A model generated the notes under the pieces. That model was given only the letters and a program-made list of their open reading frames with translations, was not told the origin of the DNA and did not search any database. From Histomonas meleagridis 2922-C6/04-290x (lineage: Eukaryota; Protista; Parabasalia), in the NCBI GenBank assembly GCA_020184695.1, contig JAANOX010000224.1:248001-312000 (forward strand): 64,000 bases of DNA. The letters run 5' to 3'. A program made the translations under genes and the position numbers. This document shows, piece after piece, positions 44,701-53,772 of the stretch (the first letter of the stretch is position 1; every line of letters begins with the position of its first letter).

Positions 44701-47700
44701 TGAGTCCAATGATATTGAACATCAACCCAAAGTGTAATAACACGATCGACGTTCATTAATTTATTTTGCCAATCGGTTAATGTATTTTTAAAGAAAGAAA
44801 TGTTTTTATAAGATAAATAATTTTGTATAGCAACTTGATTTTCTTCTAATGATTGAATTAATTCATCTTGAACATATAATACATCAAGTTCAGGGAAACT
44901 TTCCATAGGTTTATATTCAAAGTTCATATTAGCCCAAGTTTTTTCGATATTAGTTAATTGTACTTCCATTCGAACTTCATTATTAGCACCATCAACAATT
45001 TCAGTGATATCTTCTGAATAACGATTTAAATCTTTGTTTAATATATCTCTTAATTTTAAGTTGACTGATTTTTGGAAATTAATTCCAGTGATTTGTTCAA
45101 GTTTTTCCCAATGTCGACCTCGAAGTTTATCATTATGTAATTGATCCATTAAAGGTAATACTGACGAAACTTCTTTAATTAATTTATCAAGTCCTTCATA
45201 AACATTCCATTCTTTAGCTTTCTTTTCTATTTTACGGATTCGTTTAATATAATTTTCACATTCATTTGATAATAAAGCTACATCTATTTCGGACCATAAT
45301 GTATCTTTCCATTTAGATAATTCTGAATCAATTTCATGATATATTTCCCAGACTGATTTAAGTAAATTTAAATCAGATTTCATTAATGTTAAATTCTTAA
45401 ATGGATTTACAGTAAATTCTAATAATTCTCCATTAGCTTGAATTTCAGCTGCTTCATCATCTTGTTTTTCTAATATATCTTCCCATTTCTTGATTAATTC
45501 AGTAGCTTTATCATAACCAATTGAATATTTAAAGAATTCTTCATGATTAAACTTATTAAGATAATCTTGAAGTTTTTCGACAAAATCATCTTCGATTGCA
45601 CGTAATCGTGCAGTTTCTTCTTGTTGTAAAGGCGCTGTTTTATCTTGTACATTCGTCCAAGTAGTTTTTAGTTCTTGCCATTGATCAGGTCCTTCTTCAA
45701 TTTGTTGTAATAAAGAATCAGTTACAGTTACACCATGTTGTTTTAATAATGCTACTGTAGCCTTTAAATGATCAAATAATTTTTCATATTTTGGTGCTTT
45801 AGTTCTAACTAATAACATTGCTTCTAATACTGCTATTAATTGATCTATATCTCCTTTATTAACTTTAATATCTAAACCTTTATGTGCATCATTTAAAAAT
45901 TGTTTAAATTCTTTTAATTGATTTAACATGTCATTATTTAAATAATGTGTAAATAAATATACCCATTTACCTAAGTTTAAATCTAATGATTGTTTTAATG
46001 GGCGACAATCTACTCGTAACCAACCAAATGAATGTGAATCATGAATTAAACGAATGTCATTTTGTGATTTTCGATAACTTCCAATTTGTTTACCAAAATC
46101 TTCTAATGTAGGTTTCTTATATTCTTGTTTCCCAGTAACTTTATCTATTTCACCTAATCCTCCACCTTTTTGTAAAAACTCATTAATAAATGTTTCACGT
46201 GATTGAGTCCAAACGTTTGAATGTTTTGAGAAGTTTTCATCTTTATATTGTATACATTTCTTAGCCATTTCTTCTACAGAACTTAATATTTGATTAATAG
46301 CTGATTGTATTTCTTCATCATTATTAATTAAATCATAAATTGGTGTTTGATTTTCATAAAATGGTGTTATTAATTTAGTTAAATCTAATGCTCGTAAACA
46401 CCAATTCTTAAATGTAGAATATAAATTATCTTGTCCTTCTATTAATGGTGGTGAAAATAAGACATGATTATCAATAAGTTCAAGTTTCGTAGTAATTAAT
46501 GGTACTATTATATGTGAACCTGTTTGATTTTCAGTAGTTTTTATAGATAAATCTTTAATTAATTGATTTAATGAATATAAAATATTCTCTTTAAACCCTT
46601 TTTGAATTAATGATGAGATATAATCAAGATATTGATGTGTTTCTGGCGTATCTGGTGATTCTGTTAAAGATTTTACTGATGAATTTACAAGTTCTTGAAT
46701 TTCTTGACTTTGTTGAGTGATTAAAGCTATTCGATTATTTAATGTATTATTAACTTCATTTTTATCTAATGATTTCTTAGGATCGGTTCTACTAAATAAT
46801 GCAGGTTGTTTCCAACTTTCGATTTTATTTTTAATTGTTGAAATATTCGAATTAGATGCATTATATAAATCAGAAAACTTAGTAACTTCATTAACTGCTT
46901 CTTTAAGGAAATCATTAACATCAGAACTTTCCCATGTTAATTCAGAAATTCCTTTTTCTAAGATCGAATCAATATGATCAATATGTTTTTGAAACATTGG
47001 TAATTCAACATCAACTATAGTAGTTAATGGATGATTATAACGTTCGACTAAAACATTAATTGAATGAATATAATCATTATATATTTGGTTTTTTTCATAT
47101 ATTTCCATTGCTACTGGTGGTATATCTTCTTGTATATAACTTATTAAGAATTTGACTTCTTTTAATAATGATAATAAATCTGGATCAAAATTCATTGATA
47201 ATAATCGTGTTTCTTCATCTCGTGATATTAATGGTTTTTTAAGTTTATCTTTATAATCTTCACTAATTGTTGATGACCATTTTTGTATCATCGATTTTTG
47301 TGTGCTTTCAATTGTCTTCTTTAATTCTTTCATTCGTTTTAGTGGTTCTTTCATTCCTGGATCTTCAAATATTTCAGGAATTGTATTTTTAAGACTTTCT
47401 TTGATCGATTTAATTCGTTGAATTAATCCATGGAAATATATAAAATCGGATGTAGTTGGTAATACTCCATATAATTTTGGTGGACAGTTTTTACCTAATC
47501 GATATGTATTTGATATGTTTTCAATATCTTGATTAAATAATGTAATTATTTGTGGATATTGTTTCTTAAATGATTCGATAAAAAATGGTCGTCGTAATAA
47601 CGCATTAAAACCTGAAAGAATTTGACCTAATGAGACTATTGATGAGACATCTTGAATGGCCCAAATTGCAATTGCAACTGCTCGGACATCTAAATCTAAA

Positions 47701-49142
47701 AAGTCTGTTTGGATTTCTTTACAAATTCGTGAAAATTCTTCATCGGAAATAGTTAATAAATCAACGTCTAAACTTGTGATCTTACTTTCAATATCATGAA
47801 ATGAATCTAAAAGTTGGGAAAATTTCGGCGATAAAATATGTCCATGAATACCTCCGACTTCTGTTTTATCAAATCGTGTAAATTCAATAATGGTTTGAAG
47901 TAACGGTTTTATATCGTTTAAACGGTTTCTGAGAGTAATAAATTTAGGCATTACGGCCTGATTATTAAGAGTAAATGATGATGGACCATCAGCATTAATA
48001 AGTTTCTCTTTGAATTCAACATAAGCAGAATTGAATTTGTCTAAGACTTCTTCTGACTCATTTATATGTTCAAGTGAATCTTGGGGATCTCCAGACATGA
48101 TATTAGACCCATCAATGGCAATGATAAATTGCTTGGTGAAGAAATCGGTGATCAGACGAATAAATGAACAGATATGTCGTGGTGAATGAAAATATTTGGT
48201 TCGAGTATACATAAGGAAAAGAAGATAAAAAACTGGCTTGAAGACATCACATAAGGATTCAAGATCTACACCAACAGTATCAATTTGTTCAAGATATATA
48301 TGAATAGGATGAAGAGAACGTTCTGTTTCGATAGCTAATTCATAAGCGTCATTTACTTCACTCTCAATTTGCTTGAATTGGGCAACAAATGGAGGTGAAT
48401 TTGTTTCTAATGATTCAAGAACAATTTTAATTTCATCTGTATCCATTTGTTTCTTAAGCATTTCGAGGTTTTGCCTTCGTTTTTTCCAGAATTTAACTTC
48501 GTCTAATGGGGATAATTCTGAATCTTCTGGAAATTCTTGATCTAAAAAATGCCTAATTTCTTCAATCCATTGGACTACTTGACCCTCAAATGCATGGAGT
48601 TTTGTTGGTGAGTCTTCTGCGTTGAGAATCTCATGTGATGGAATTGTGAGTAATGTCATTCCTTGACTTTTTCCCATCATCATGTACATGAGCCCATCAA
48701 TATCACTCATTGCTGTTACAATTTCATTTGCAACTGGTTTAGAGAAACGTGATAAATTGCTTTCAGTTTTTGAAATTGGTCCATAAACATTGTCGATTAT
48801 ATGATACATAAAATCAATTGGCATTTTAGGTATATCAACAAATGCTAATGATGCTATAAATTCTTTTGGATTATCTGGACTACATGAATTTGTTCGATAA
48901 ATTGTAACACCTTTCTTTCCTTTTGTAAAAGTATTCATAGAGCATTGTAACATTCCTTTGGCATTTAATGATAATATAATACAATTAAATTTTCCTGTTA
49001 AAAAAAGTGAATAATTTCTTTTATATTCTTCTTCTTTGAACATTGTATCAAAACGATCTTTAGTGAGCTTGAGCATCCCACTCACACGGTCAATGATAAA
49101 ACGAGATCGTTCATCCTCATAAAATACTTTGGATAAGTCCAT
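35793..49142 (-). CDS. Axonemal outer-arm dynein heavy chain (beta/DNAH9-11-17-like)
   Basis: 4449-aa ORF; P-loops GPAGTGKT, GNAGTGKT, GLSGTGKS, GLGGSGKQ; CFDEFNRI, HYDWGLRA; long N-terminal tail. Confidence 0.95.
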   Translation of the reverse strand: MDLSKVFYEDERSRFIIDRVSGMLKLTKDRFDTMFKEEEYKRNYSLFLTGKFNCIILSLNAKGMLQCSMNTFTKGKKGVTIYRTNSCSPDNPKEFIASLAFVDIPKMPIDFMYHIIDNVYGPISKTESNLSRFSKPVANEIVTAMSDIDGLMYMMMGKSQGMTLLTIPSHEILNAEDSPTKLHAFEGQVVQWIEEIRHFLDQEFPEDSELSPLDEVKFWKKRRQNLEMLKKQMDTDEIKIVLESLETNSPPFVAQFKQIESEVNDAYELAIETERSLHPIHIYLEQIDTVGVDLESLCDVFKPVFYLLFLMYTRTKYFHSPRHICSFIRLITDFFTKQFIIAIDGSNIMSGDPQDSLEHINESEEVLDKFNSAYVEFKEKLINADGPSSFTLNNQAVMPKFITLRNRLNDIKPLLQTIIEFTRFDKTEVGGIHGHILSPKFSQLLDSFHDIESKITSLDVDLLTISDEEFSRICKEIQTDFLDLDVRAVAIAIWAIQDVSSIVSLGQILSGFNALLRRPFFIESFKKQYPQIITLFNQDIENISNTYRLGKNCPPKLYGVLPTTSDFIYFHGLIQRIKSIKESLKNTIPEIFEDPGMKEPLKRMKELKKTIESTQKSMIQKWSSTISEDYKDKLKKPLISRDEETRLLSMNFDPDLLSLLKEVKFLISYIQEDIPPVAMEIYEKNQIYNDYIHSINVLVERYNHPLTTIVDVELPMFQKHIDHIDSILEKGISELTWESSDVNDFLKEAVNEVTKFSDLYNASNSNISTIKNKIESWKQPALFSRTDPKKSLDKNEVNNTLNNRIALITQQSQEIQELVNSSVKSLTESPDTPETHQYLDYISSLIQKGFKENILYSLNQLIKDLSIKTTENQTGSHIIVPLITTKLELIDNHVLFSPPLIEGQDNLYSTFKNWCLRALDLTKLITPFYENQTPIYDLINNDEEIQSAINQILSSVEEMAKKCIQYKDENFSKHSNVWTQSRETFINEFLQKGGGLGEIDKVTGKQEYKKPTLEDFGKQIGSYRKSQNDIRLIHDSHSFGWLRVDCRPLKQSLDLNLGKWVYLFTHYLNNDMLNQLKEFKQFLNDAHKGLDIKVNKGDIDQLIAVLEAMLLVRTKAPKYEKLFDHLKATVALLKQHGVTVTDSLLQQIEEGPDQWQELKTTWTNVQDKTAPLQQEETARLRAIEDDFVEKLQDYLNKFNHEEFFKYSIGYDKATELIKKWEDILEKQDDEAAEIQANGELLEFTVNPFKNLTLMKSDLNLLKSVWEIYHEIDSELSKWKDTLWSEIDVALLSNECENYIKRIRKIEKKAKEWNVYEGLDKLIKEVSSVLPLMDQLHNDKLRGRHWEKLEQITGINFQKSVNLKLRDILNKDLNRYSEDITEIVDGANNEVRMEVQLTNIEKTWANMNFEYKPMESFPELDVLYVQDELIQSLEENQVAIQNYLSYKNISFFKNTLTDWQNKLMNVDRVITLWVDVQYHWTHLRPIFIGSEDIRKQLPKQSESYENIDKQMNEFIKKQEENKSVIETCNQPNIQKFLETQLRELNIVEKSLYEYLETKRKAFPRFYFVSSNDLLDILSKGRNPKDIEQHFSKVFDNLVKVNWTGPKTCNAMISSEGEVVNFEEELELNGQVEVWIQKLLDTSKHTLRNKLAEAISSAYETSQRPKWIIENIAQVGLTAVSIQWNKEVNTAFKQLEEGIENAMKDYNVKQNHQLEDLIEMIRGENLSPLNRQKVTVICQNDAHNRDVVSRLVHNHEETHECFEWQSQLRFSWRNSEYDCFINIIDAEFRYQYEYLGSPTRLVVTPLTDRCYITLTQSLHRIMGGAPAGPAGTGKTETVKDLARAFGQICFVFNCSEQMDHKSLAATFKGLSQSGAWGCFDEFNRIAARVLSVVSNQVKSILDARRANLTEFKFCGEETIKLQPTCGIFITMNPGYAGRTELPENIKALFRSVSMCVPDFQIICEIMLMASGFKTASLLTKKFTTLYSRCEQLLSKQQHYDWGLRAVKSVLVVAGSLRSADPNMSEEAVLMRALRDFNLPKIISTDIPVFLGLINDLFPSIDVPRKRNLKWEETIKQCVLEAKFQAEDQFIRKVVELEELLNVRHSVFIIGNAGTGKTEVWRSLCRAYNKNGTPCNYIDLNPKAVTNNELFGFLNQSTREWQDGLFSSIMRNLSKLNNDNPKWIILDGDIDPNWIESLNTVMDDNKVLTLASNERIPLTKYMRLIFEISHLKYATPATVSRAGILYINETDVGYMAYVYSWLDKRTNGNEKSQLTVLFNSYVPRTLELIHTNIKHIIPLSDIAMVETLCRLLESLLIEENLPQNAEASLYELYFVFAAVWAFGGACDDQGRDYRSEFSQMWKSEWRNITFPQQGTVFDYYVNPEKKKFVPWNEISPKFNYVPDKNVSSYLVFIPETTRVHYLVNKLIENNYPIMLTGLSGTGKSVLIRNLLENLNENEYIYKAMNFNYYTNSLTLQQFLESGIEMKSGKLYAPPAQKRCIYFIDDLNMPEIDLYGTQSPMTLLRQHLDYQHWYDRQNMTLKDVKNINYITCMNPTVGSFTVNPRFQRHFSTFALGIPSDSSVKTILTEILNGHFENYNFSQVVKNYQKKIIDNILSIHKEITKTFIPTAIKFHYNFNLRDICQVLQGLLRSLPTHVKTVEHITRLCVTESIRVYADRLIDLNDYQKAKDICITSSIKYFEGALDPQIIRDEMMFCAFPPDGDDSQFDEGNYAPMISNELTTKVINEKLVEYNENHPVMNLVLFKDAIEHILRISRGITSPRGNMLLVGLGGSGKQSLVKLASYLCNYNVFQINLTNNYGINEFNTDLVKLFTNAGGKKQNTVFLLTDTQIIDEQFLIPISDFLSTGVLPDIFTQEDKEIIYSQIKGDMSVLRISFTPEEAWKFFTERVHKHLRIVFCQSPSGDIFRIRSRRFPALINNMIIDWFHSWPYDALYSVAKSFLSDVNLDNNDPETIIEFIANTHSKVIQLSTEYLETDRRYNYATPKSYLEMISLFKTMLNNTRNMLVNNTQHFTKGLKMLQDSSKDVEEMKKKLEKQTKIVAEKQQECANLIDRISQDATIVKKESEIVQREEQKTAKIKQEAEEKQSIATEELKKAQPLKAQALEAIDCIDKKSMTELSSFTTPPKLVEPVMQAVVLILSENGRPARDLSWKAAKKLMGNTGNFINKLHHLHENWNNDIMQLTKQKVAKFNFKEADVSKASSACANIFTWLNNILTYHTVIQNIIPKERAAKEAEELLQESEEKLKKVQAKAKSLEDQLQKLKDQLEELQEEKNKAQLEAQEMSDKINKATDLVAGLGDEGERWKTRIVEYQNEQTSIVGDVLLAAAFISYSGPFTRSYRERLLNDIWRPFLLERNIKLQKDPLDVITHQALIAQWNNEGLPIDRVSIENAAITYSCQRWPLFIDPQFQGIKWIRKNQENNNLKVLRFGQDNFINLISIAVENGESILIENVEETFDPIIEPLLARNIIKRGRRNLIQIGDREIEFNDKFKLYLQTKIANPHFKPEIQAQTTIINFTVTLDGLEEQLLSNVVQHEKPGLEEEKAKLITQMNTDKITMKQLEDNLLERLSSPGINLIEDVELMNTLDKSKEMSAELNERVKKALETTEEISIHREAYRRIAGRAALLYFILVDLAKIDHMYQFSLSSFIDVFIKAMDEAENSTNPIARENSLIDSITFKTFRWAMRGLFQRHQIIFTTLLCFRILLADKQLQTIKMDEFLHLLRCPRSMSIANPITDWLSDSCWGAVVGLSSLQSFQTLPQDIMTRPKPWQKWCDLETPENEKLPLDYKNKNDFQKLLVIRALRPDRMVNALTQFISNQIGEKYTEDVVFTLQQTYNESTPYISIFFILSPGIDPVKNIEILGEKLGFTENNNNLYNISLGQGQEENALNSLTKASVEGSWVIIQNLHLMGKWLQDLEKHIEKIRLNNDINEKFRIFFTAEPSDDIPPGILQNSIKVTNEPARGMKANLMRALALFNDDNMEQCQKDREYKALLFHLCVFHAIMVERRKFGPQGFNRVYNFNPSDLTICAELLFDSLDQAQPIPWVPLRYLIGEIMYGGHISDDRDRRLCRTYLESFDKEDFEGGELVPGFNSPTGLSTMEEYKEYAQREFPDESPYLFGLHPNAEIGSLTTQTEFIFNTLLNIQPRAIGSDEGDSSMEKSVKKTLDEIMTSIPMPFNITELYNRIEKHEPYVSICLQECERMNVLIAEIKRSLVELDMGLAGELTISEAMDELMISIYKNQVPKSWEKLAYHSLKPLLPWWKNLLDRHKQLTDWSSELILPNSVWLPGLFNPSSFLTAVAQSAARKNGWPLDQTILTVEVTKKMENEIDAPPRDGAYIHGLFLEGARWDSKMNSLNEANLKELYPQLPVIYVKAVYIDKPQAGRQAVYYECPVYVTKERGPTYVSDFNLKINPNLGSPSHWVKRGVAILLEAD

Positions 49143-49393
49143 GTGACTGGATCAATTATTGCAACGGAAAACCGTAGTATTTCAATCAAATACGTTACTT
49201 GAGGAATCCGTTTATTCCTTTTTCCAAAAAACGTATTTTAACGGTCGAAGATTATTTTCATATCAAATGTTGAAAAAAATGAGAAAATGAAATATGTTAC
49301 TTAAGAAACACCACTCCAAATTCTTTACAAAATCAACAAGTACGTTTTAAAACAGTTTGCCTCGAAGAATTGTTTATTGACAGAAATATCATT

Positions 49394-49864
49394 TCATTGG
49401 GGCTGCGTTTGTCCTATAACCACTTCACTTAATGGTGGCTCTTGAGTAGAGATAACTATCCCAGCAGCTGGTGCTTGTATTGGTATGTAACCAAAAGTTT
49501 GAGAAAAGTATTTTTGTGTTCTTCTTAAAAACTGTTTTGTATGGTTCTTAACATTATTTGCTGTTCTATTAGGGAAATTTTTTGCAATAACTGACCATTT
49601 TGGTCCAACAAGGCGATAAAATTTCATGAGCAATGCTTCTTCTTCTTTTGTCCAAGGAGTATTTGAAACATCTGGTGAAAGATATAGGTTCCATCTTTCT
49701 CTGCATTGACGAGCAGTTCTATTTGGCATTTGCTCTTGAATTTCGTTCCATGCATGAGTTCCCTTTAATTGTACAAGCTCTCTAAGTTTTTGGTCTTCTT
49801 CATGTGTGAACATTGCTTTTTGTTTTCGAGGTGGCTTTGTTCCTGGTGGCGTGGGGTTCGACAT
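49394..49864 (-). CDS. R2R3-Myb transcription factor
   Basis: FTHEEDQKLRELV..WNEI..MPNRTARQCRERWNLYL and WTKEEEALL..GPKWSVIAKNFPNRTANNVKNH; first ATG 49864. Confidence 0.92.
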   Translation of the reverse strand: MSNPTPPGTKPPRKQKAMFTHEEDQKLRELVQLKGTHAWNEIQEQMPNRTARQCRERWNLYLSPDVSNTPWTKEEEALLMKFYRLVGPKWSVIAKNFPNRTANNVKNHTKQFLRRTQKYFSQTFGYIPIQAPAAGIVISTQEPPLSEVVIGQTQPQ

Positions 49865-50828
49865 TTGAATTTTACTAAGCCAAAAAAAACCCACCAAAAA
49901 TTGAATAGGTGTTACTGCTTTTTCAATCAGAAACGATATATATTGAGAAGTTACTGATCGGAAATTCATTTTTGGAAAATAAATTATTTTCTTCTTAGAA
50001 CCATATCCATATCAATCATTTTTTTTCAAAATCAAAAGGAAATACTTTTACATAGGGCACTGATCTCAGAAACATGTTTAAATTTTTAATCATAATATAA
50101 AGATCAAATTCAAAATTTCCAAATAAAATTGCATCTAATATAACAGCATATAAAGATAAGTTTGTTACTGCAAATCACACTCTGTTCGAAACTAATTTTT
50201 CTTGAATTAAACATCTGTTATTATTGTCAAAATAATTCAAAAACTAAAACACGTACTAAAGAAAAAAACGCACCTTTTCTTTTGGGGTTACAAGTTTTTA
50301 GCATAAAGGAGAGAATTTTTCATGAGAATCAACATATCAATCTTTTTTTTTGAGTACGTCAGATCCCAAGAGGTTCTAAAAACATTTGCAACTCATGATC
50401 AAAAAAACCTTAACAAATTTGTGGTATACCACATGTCTTTTTTCATGTTTCCACAAGCAGTTGAATTCTTATTTGGTTTCCTCATAATTTTCTGTTCCAA
50501 TTTTACGGATTTTACGGTTTAGTTATAACAAATTTTTAGTTCAAAACCTGTCGGAGATGAGATGCCGTTAACTTTTCTTCAAAATGTTCAATAAGGTTTC
50601 ATGTTGTCAACATAATTTTGAGAACTTATAAGAACTTTTAAAATCTTTCCGTTCAAAAAGTCGTTCAAAATTTGCTAGAGCTTTTTAATCCATTCTCTCA
50701 AAAACTCACAAACTATTTTAAATACAAATTATAACTAAATAAATTTTTGAAACGAAAAGTGATTTTCAATTCAAATGATTTTTGAATGTAATATTCTCAT
50801 TCAAATAATTATTCGGAGCAACTAAAGC

Positions 50829-51950
50829 ATGCAAGACCAATGGGAACAACTAAGAGAAAAATATCAGATAATACATGAAATCAGAACTGGACTGTATGGT
50901 CCTACCTCTGTACTAAAGGAAATCGAAACAAATAACACAATGGTTTGTAAATTATTTCGAAAAGAATTTATTGGAAAAGAACAAGAAATAAACCAATTCA
51001 GACAAAGAGTAAAGGCAATAAAGGAGGCGTGCATCCCATTTGTTGTCCCATACACAGATATTTTAGAAAATGATAATTGCTTTTACTTATTACGTCCTTA
51101 TTTACCATACACATCATTATCCGATGTAATTTCTAACGGAAATTTCAGTGATAATACAATTCTTTCGATATGGAAGCTTTTGGTTCAATGTTTTGTTATA
51201 TTACATGAGAAAAAAATCACTCCAAACCCAATTAAACCTAATAACATTTTTATAACACCACAGAACAACATTGTAGTAACAGATTTATATCAACCTTCTA
51301 TAAATATTGCATGGGCCTTTGGAACGCCAGATCCAATGCAGCTTGCATTCCTTGCTCCAGAATACTTTAACCACTCTGTTATTCCAGGCGCGCACTCAGA
51401 TATCTGGGCCTTAGGCGTTCTTCTTGCATTTATGAGAATGAGATGTGTTCCATGGCCCATGAACAATGTTATATCAATGATAAGATCTATCACAGACAAT
51501 GACTATGTTATCTCCATTCCCAACGACATTCATGAAGATATTCGTATAACTATTGATTCCACAGTTATCCAAAATCACATAAAAAGGCCTGACATAGAAT
51601 ACCTAGGCGACACAAAGATACTTAGGCAGTACTTGCAGAAGGAAAGAAGGAGGTCATCTCCAGCGAAGATATTCAAACCACAAGCTCGAACAATTGGGAG
51701 CCCAAAGTCGGTTTTTCTCAAGTACAGTATGGAACAATCAACCAGGAGAAAGCTTCCAAGGATAAGGAGTAGATCACAAGCTTCATTCTCAATATGTGAA
51801 AATTCAGAAGATCAAAATACAATTAATTCATCTTTGAGTTCATCTACTTCTCAAACATCATCATACATGGTCAGGTACAGGTTTTATAGGCCAAGGTCTA
51901 TATCGAACGATTGTCAAAGTCCTCCGCAGGTGGATAACGCTGAACTTTGA
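50829..51950 (+). CDS. Protein kinase-fold protein, probable pseudokinase
   Basis: VCK lysine, LAPE, SDIWALGV are present, but HRD reads PNP and DFG reads DLY. Confidence 0.85.
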   Translation: MQDQWEQLREKYQIIHEIRTGLYGPTSVLKEIETNNTMVCKLFRKEFIGKEQEINQFRQRVKAIKEACIPFVVPYTDILENDNCFYLLRPYLPYTSLSDVISNGNFSDNTILSIWKLLVQCFVILHEKKITPNPIKPNNIFITPQNNIVVTDLYQPSINIAWAFGTPDPMQLAFLAPEYFNHSVIPGAHSDIWALGVLLAFMRMRCVPWPMNNVISMIRSITDNDYVISIPNDIHEDIRITIDSTVIQNHIKRPDIEYLGDTKILRQYLQKERRRSSPAKIFKPQARTIGSPKSVFLKYSMEQSTRRKLPRIRSRSQASFSICENSEDQNTINSSLSSSTSQTSSYMVRYRFYRPRSISNDCQSPPQVDNAEL

Positions 51951-52306
51951 TACAACGCGGTACCCAAAAACAGTTCATAGAACTTTTTAAAATAAATTAA
52001 AGTTGATTGAAATAGCCGATAAGGATTCAATTATCCATCGGCCGATTTTATTATCCAAATCAAATTTTGAAAAGATTTTTGGTTCTAACCAACGTTTGTT
52101 TACAAAAGTTAACTTTCAAATTCAAATTAATTTGAATTTTGAGCTCAAGTGATTTTGTTTGAATGTAACGGCACTTTTGTTTTTTGATCCGAAATTTGTT
52201 TTTCAAAGGTTTATATCATTTAATACATCGTATAACTTTTTCAGGGACTTTGTTTTGATTAGCAACAAAATTCAAATTTCTAAAAATTTAGTTCTTTTTC
52301 CTTTAT

Positions 52307-53761
52307 TTAAGGTGTTAACCTTGATGGATCACGTGGGAAGAGTGAACCACGTCTAACATTCTTTAATCCTAAGAAGAGGAAAGTGATACGATCAAGACCA
52401 CATCCAAGACCAGCGTGTGGTGGAGCTCCATATTTGAAGCAGTCAACATATTGTTGGATTGGTGTTAAGTTGACACCAAGTTTAGCTGCTCTTTCAAGGA
52501 GGAGATCAGAATCGTGGATACGTTGTGCGCCTGAAACAATTTCTTCTCCACGGAGGAACATATCGTATGAGTTGGAATAGTTTGGATTTTCTGGATCTGG
52601 CATTGTATAGAATGGACGAACAGCAGATGGGAATTTATCAAGGATGAAGAAGTCAGTATTGTACTTAGCCTTAACAAGTTCACCGAGCTTCTTTTCGAGT
52701 TCTGAGCTGAGATCTTGGTAATCTTCCATCTGTAATCCAGCTTCACGGATCATAGCAACTGCTTCTGGATACTTGATGATAACTGGGTTGATAACAACAT
52801 CTTCAGATGGGAATTGTGCCTTAACTGTGTCGATTTCGGCGCGGCATTCCTTGAGAAGACGGTTGAAAACGGTTGCGAGTAAATCTTTGAAAAAGTTGAG
52901 TGCTTCGTGATAGTTAAGTTTGAACTCCATTTCGCAATCGAGACCTGTGAACTCGGTAAGGTGACGGTGTGTGAATGAGTTTTCTGCACGGAACACTGGA
53001 CCGATTTCGAAAACGCGTGGCATACCAGAAACAACGCACATTTGCTTGTAAAGTTGTGGGGATTGAGCAAGATATGCTTTGCCATTGAAGTACTTAACTT
53101 CGAAAACTTCGGAACCACCTTCAGAAGCTGTGGCAATAAGTTTTGGTGTGTGGATTTCTTGGAAACCATTTTGAAGGAGATATTCACGGAAGAATTGGCA
53201 GACCTTGGATTGGATACGGAAGATGGCTTGATTGGTGGTGGTTCTAAGATCTAAGACACGGTTATCGAGACGAGCCTTTTGAGTGACATGTGGACGGCTT
53301 TTATCTGTGGAAGCTGGTCCTTCATCATCTTCTTCTGTAACACGTTGGCAGTCAGCAACAACGATTGGTGTTGGCTTAGCTCTGGATACAATGTGGCAAC
53401 GCTTGATTTGGATTTCCATATTTTGCTTTGTTGCAGATGTGACTGGTTTTTCTGTTGCGGTGAGTGTACCATAAACTTCAACAAGAGATTCAACTGGGAT
53501 TTGTTGAACATATTTTGCTAATTGATTTGGAATTTCACCACCAGCAAAAACGCAAGCTTGGATTGTTGTGATTTGAGTACGAAGAAGAATGAATCCGCAT
53601 TTTCCTTTACCACGAACGCTTGCAGCAAAGGCACGAACCCAAACATCCTTGCCAATTTTGTCATCTGTCAAGTCAGCAACGGAAAGGATTTCACGTGGTT
53701 CAACGCCTTCTTTGGATTGAATAAGTCCCAAGTCACCATACACTTCTGAAGGAAGAGACAT
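52307..53761 (-). CDS. DARS1: Cytosolic aspartyl-tRNA synthetase
   Basis: OB-fold, RLDNRVLDLRT, AYLAQSPQLYKQM, FRAENSFTHRHLTEF, GEEIVSGAQR, PPHAGLGCGLDR, FPRDPSRLTP; first ATG 53761. Confidence 0.96.
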   Translation of the reverse strand: MSLPSEVYGDLGLIQSKEGVEPREILSVADLTDDKIGKDVWVRAFAASVRGKGKCGFILLRTQITTIQACVFAGGEIPNQLAKYVQQIPVESLVEVYGTLTATEKPVTSATKQNMEIQIKRCHIVSRAKPTPIVVADCQRVTEEDDEGPASTDKSRPHVTQKARLDNRVLDLRTTTNQAIFRIQSKVCQFFREYLLQNGFQEIHTPKLIATASEGGSEVFEVKYFNGKAYLAQSPQLYKQMCVVSGMPRVFEIGPVFRAENSFTHRHLTEFTGLDCEMEFKLNYHEALNFFKDLLATVFNRLLKECRAEIDTVKAQFPSEDVVINPVIIKYPEAVAMIREAGLQMEDYQDLSSELEKKLGELVKAKYNTDFFILDKFPSAVRPFYTMPDPENPNYSNSYDMFLRGEEIVSGAQRIHDSDLLLERAAKLGVNLTPIQQYVDCFKYGAPPHAGLGCGLDRITFLFLGLKNVRRGSLFPRDPSRLTP

Positions 53762-53772
53762 AATGAAAGTGA
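53762..53772 (-). promoter_or_regulatory. Tandem Inr motifs TCACT-T-TCATT directly upstream of the AspRS ATG
   Basis: Minus strand reads CCTTCACTTTCATTATG. Confidence 0.55.

Noticed and set aside
52383-53749. Numerous short ORFs overlapping AspRS, dynein, Vps18-like, C1A protease and BspA genes
   Set aside because: Antisense or alternate-frame shadows of real CDSs, with no recognisable motifs.
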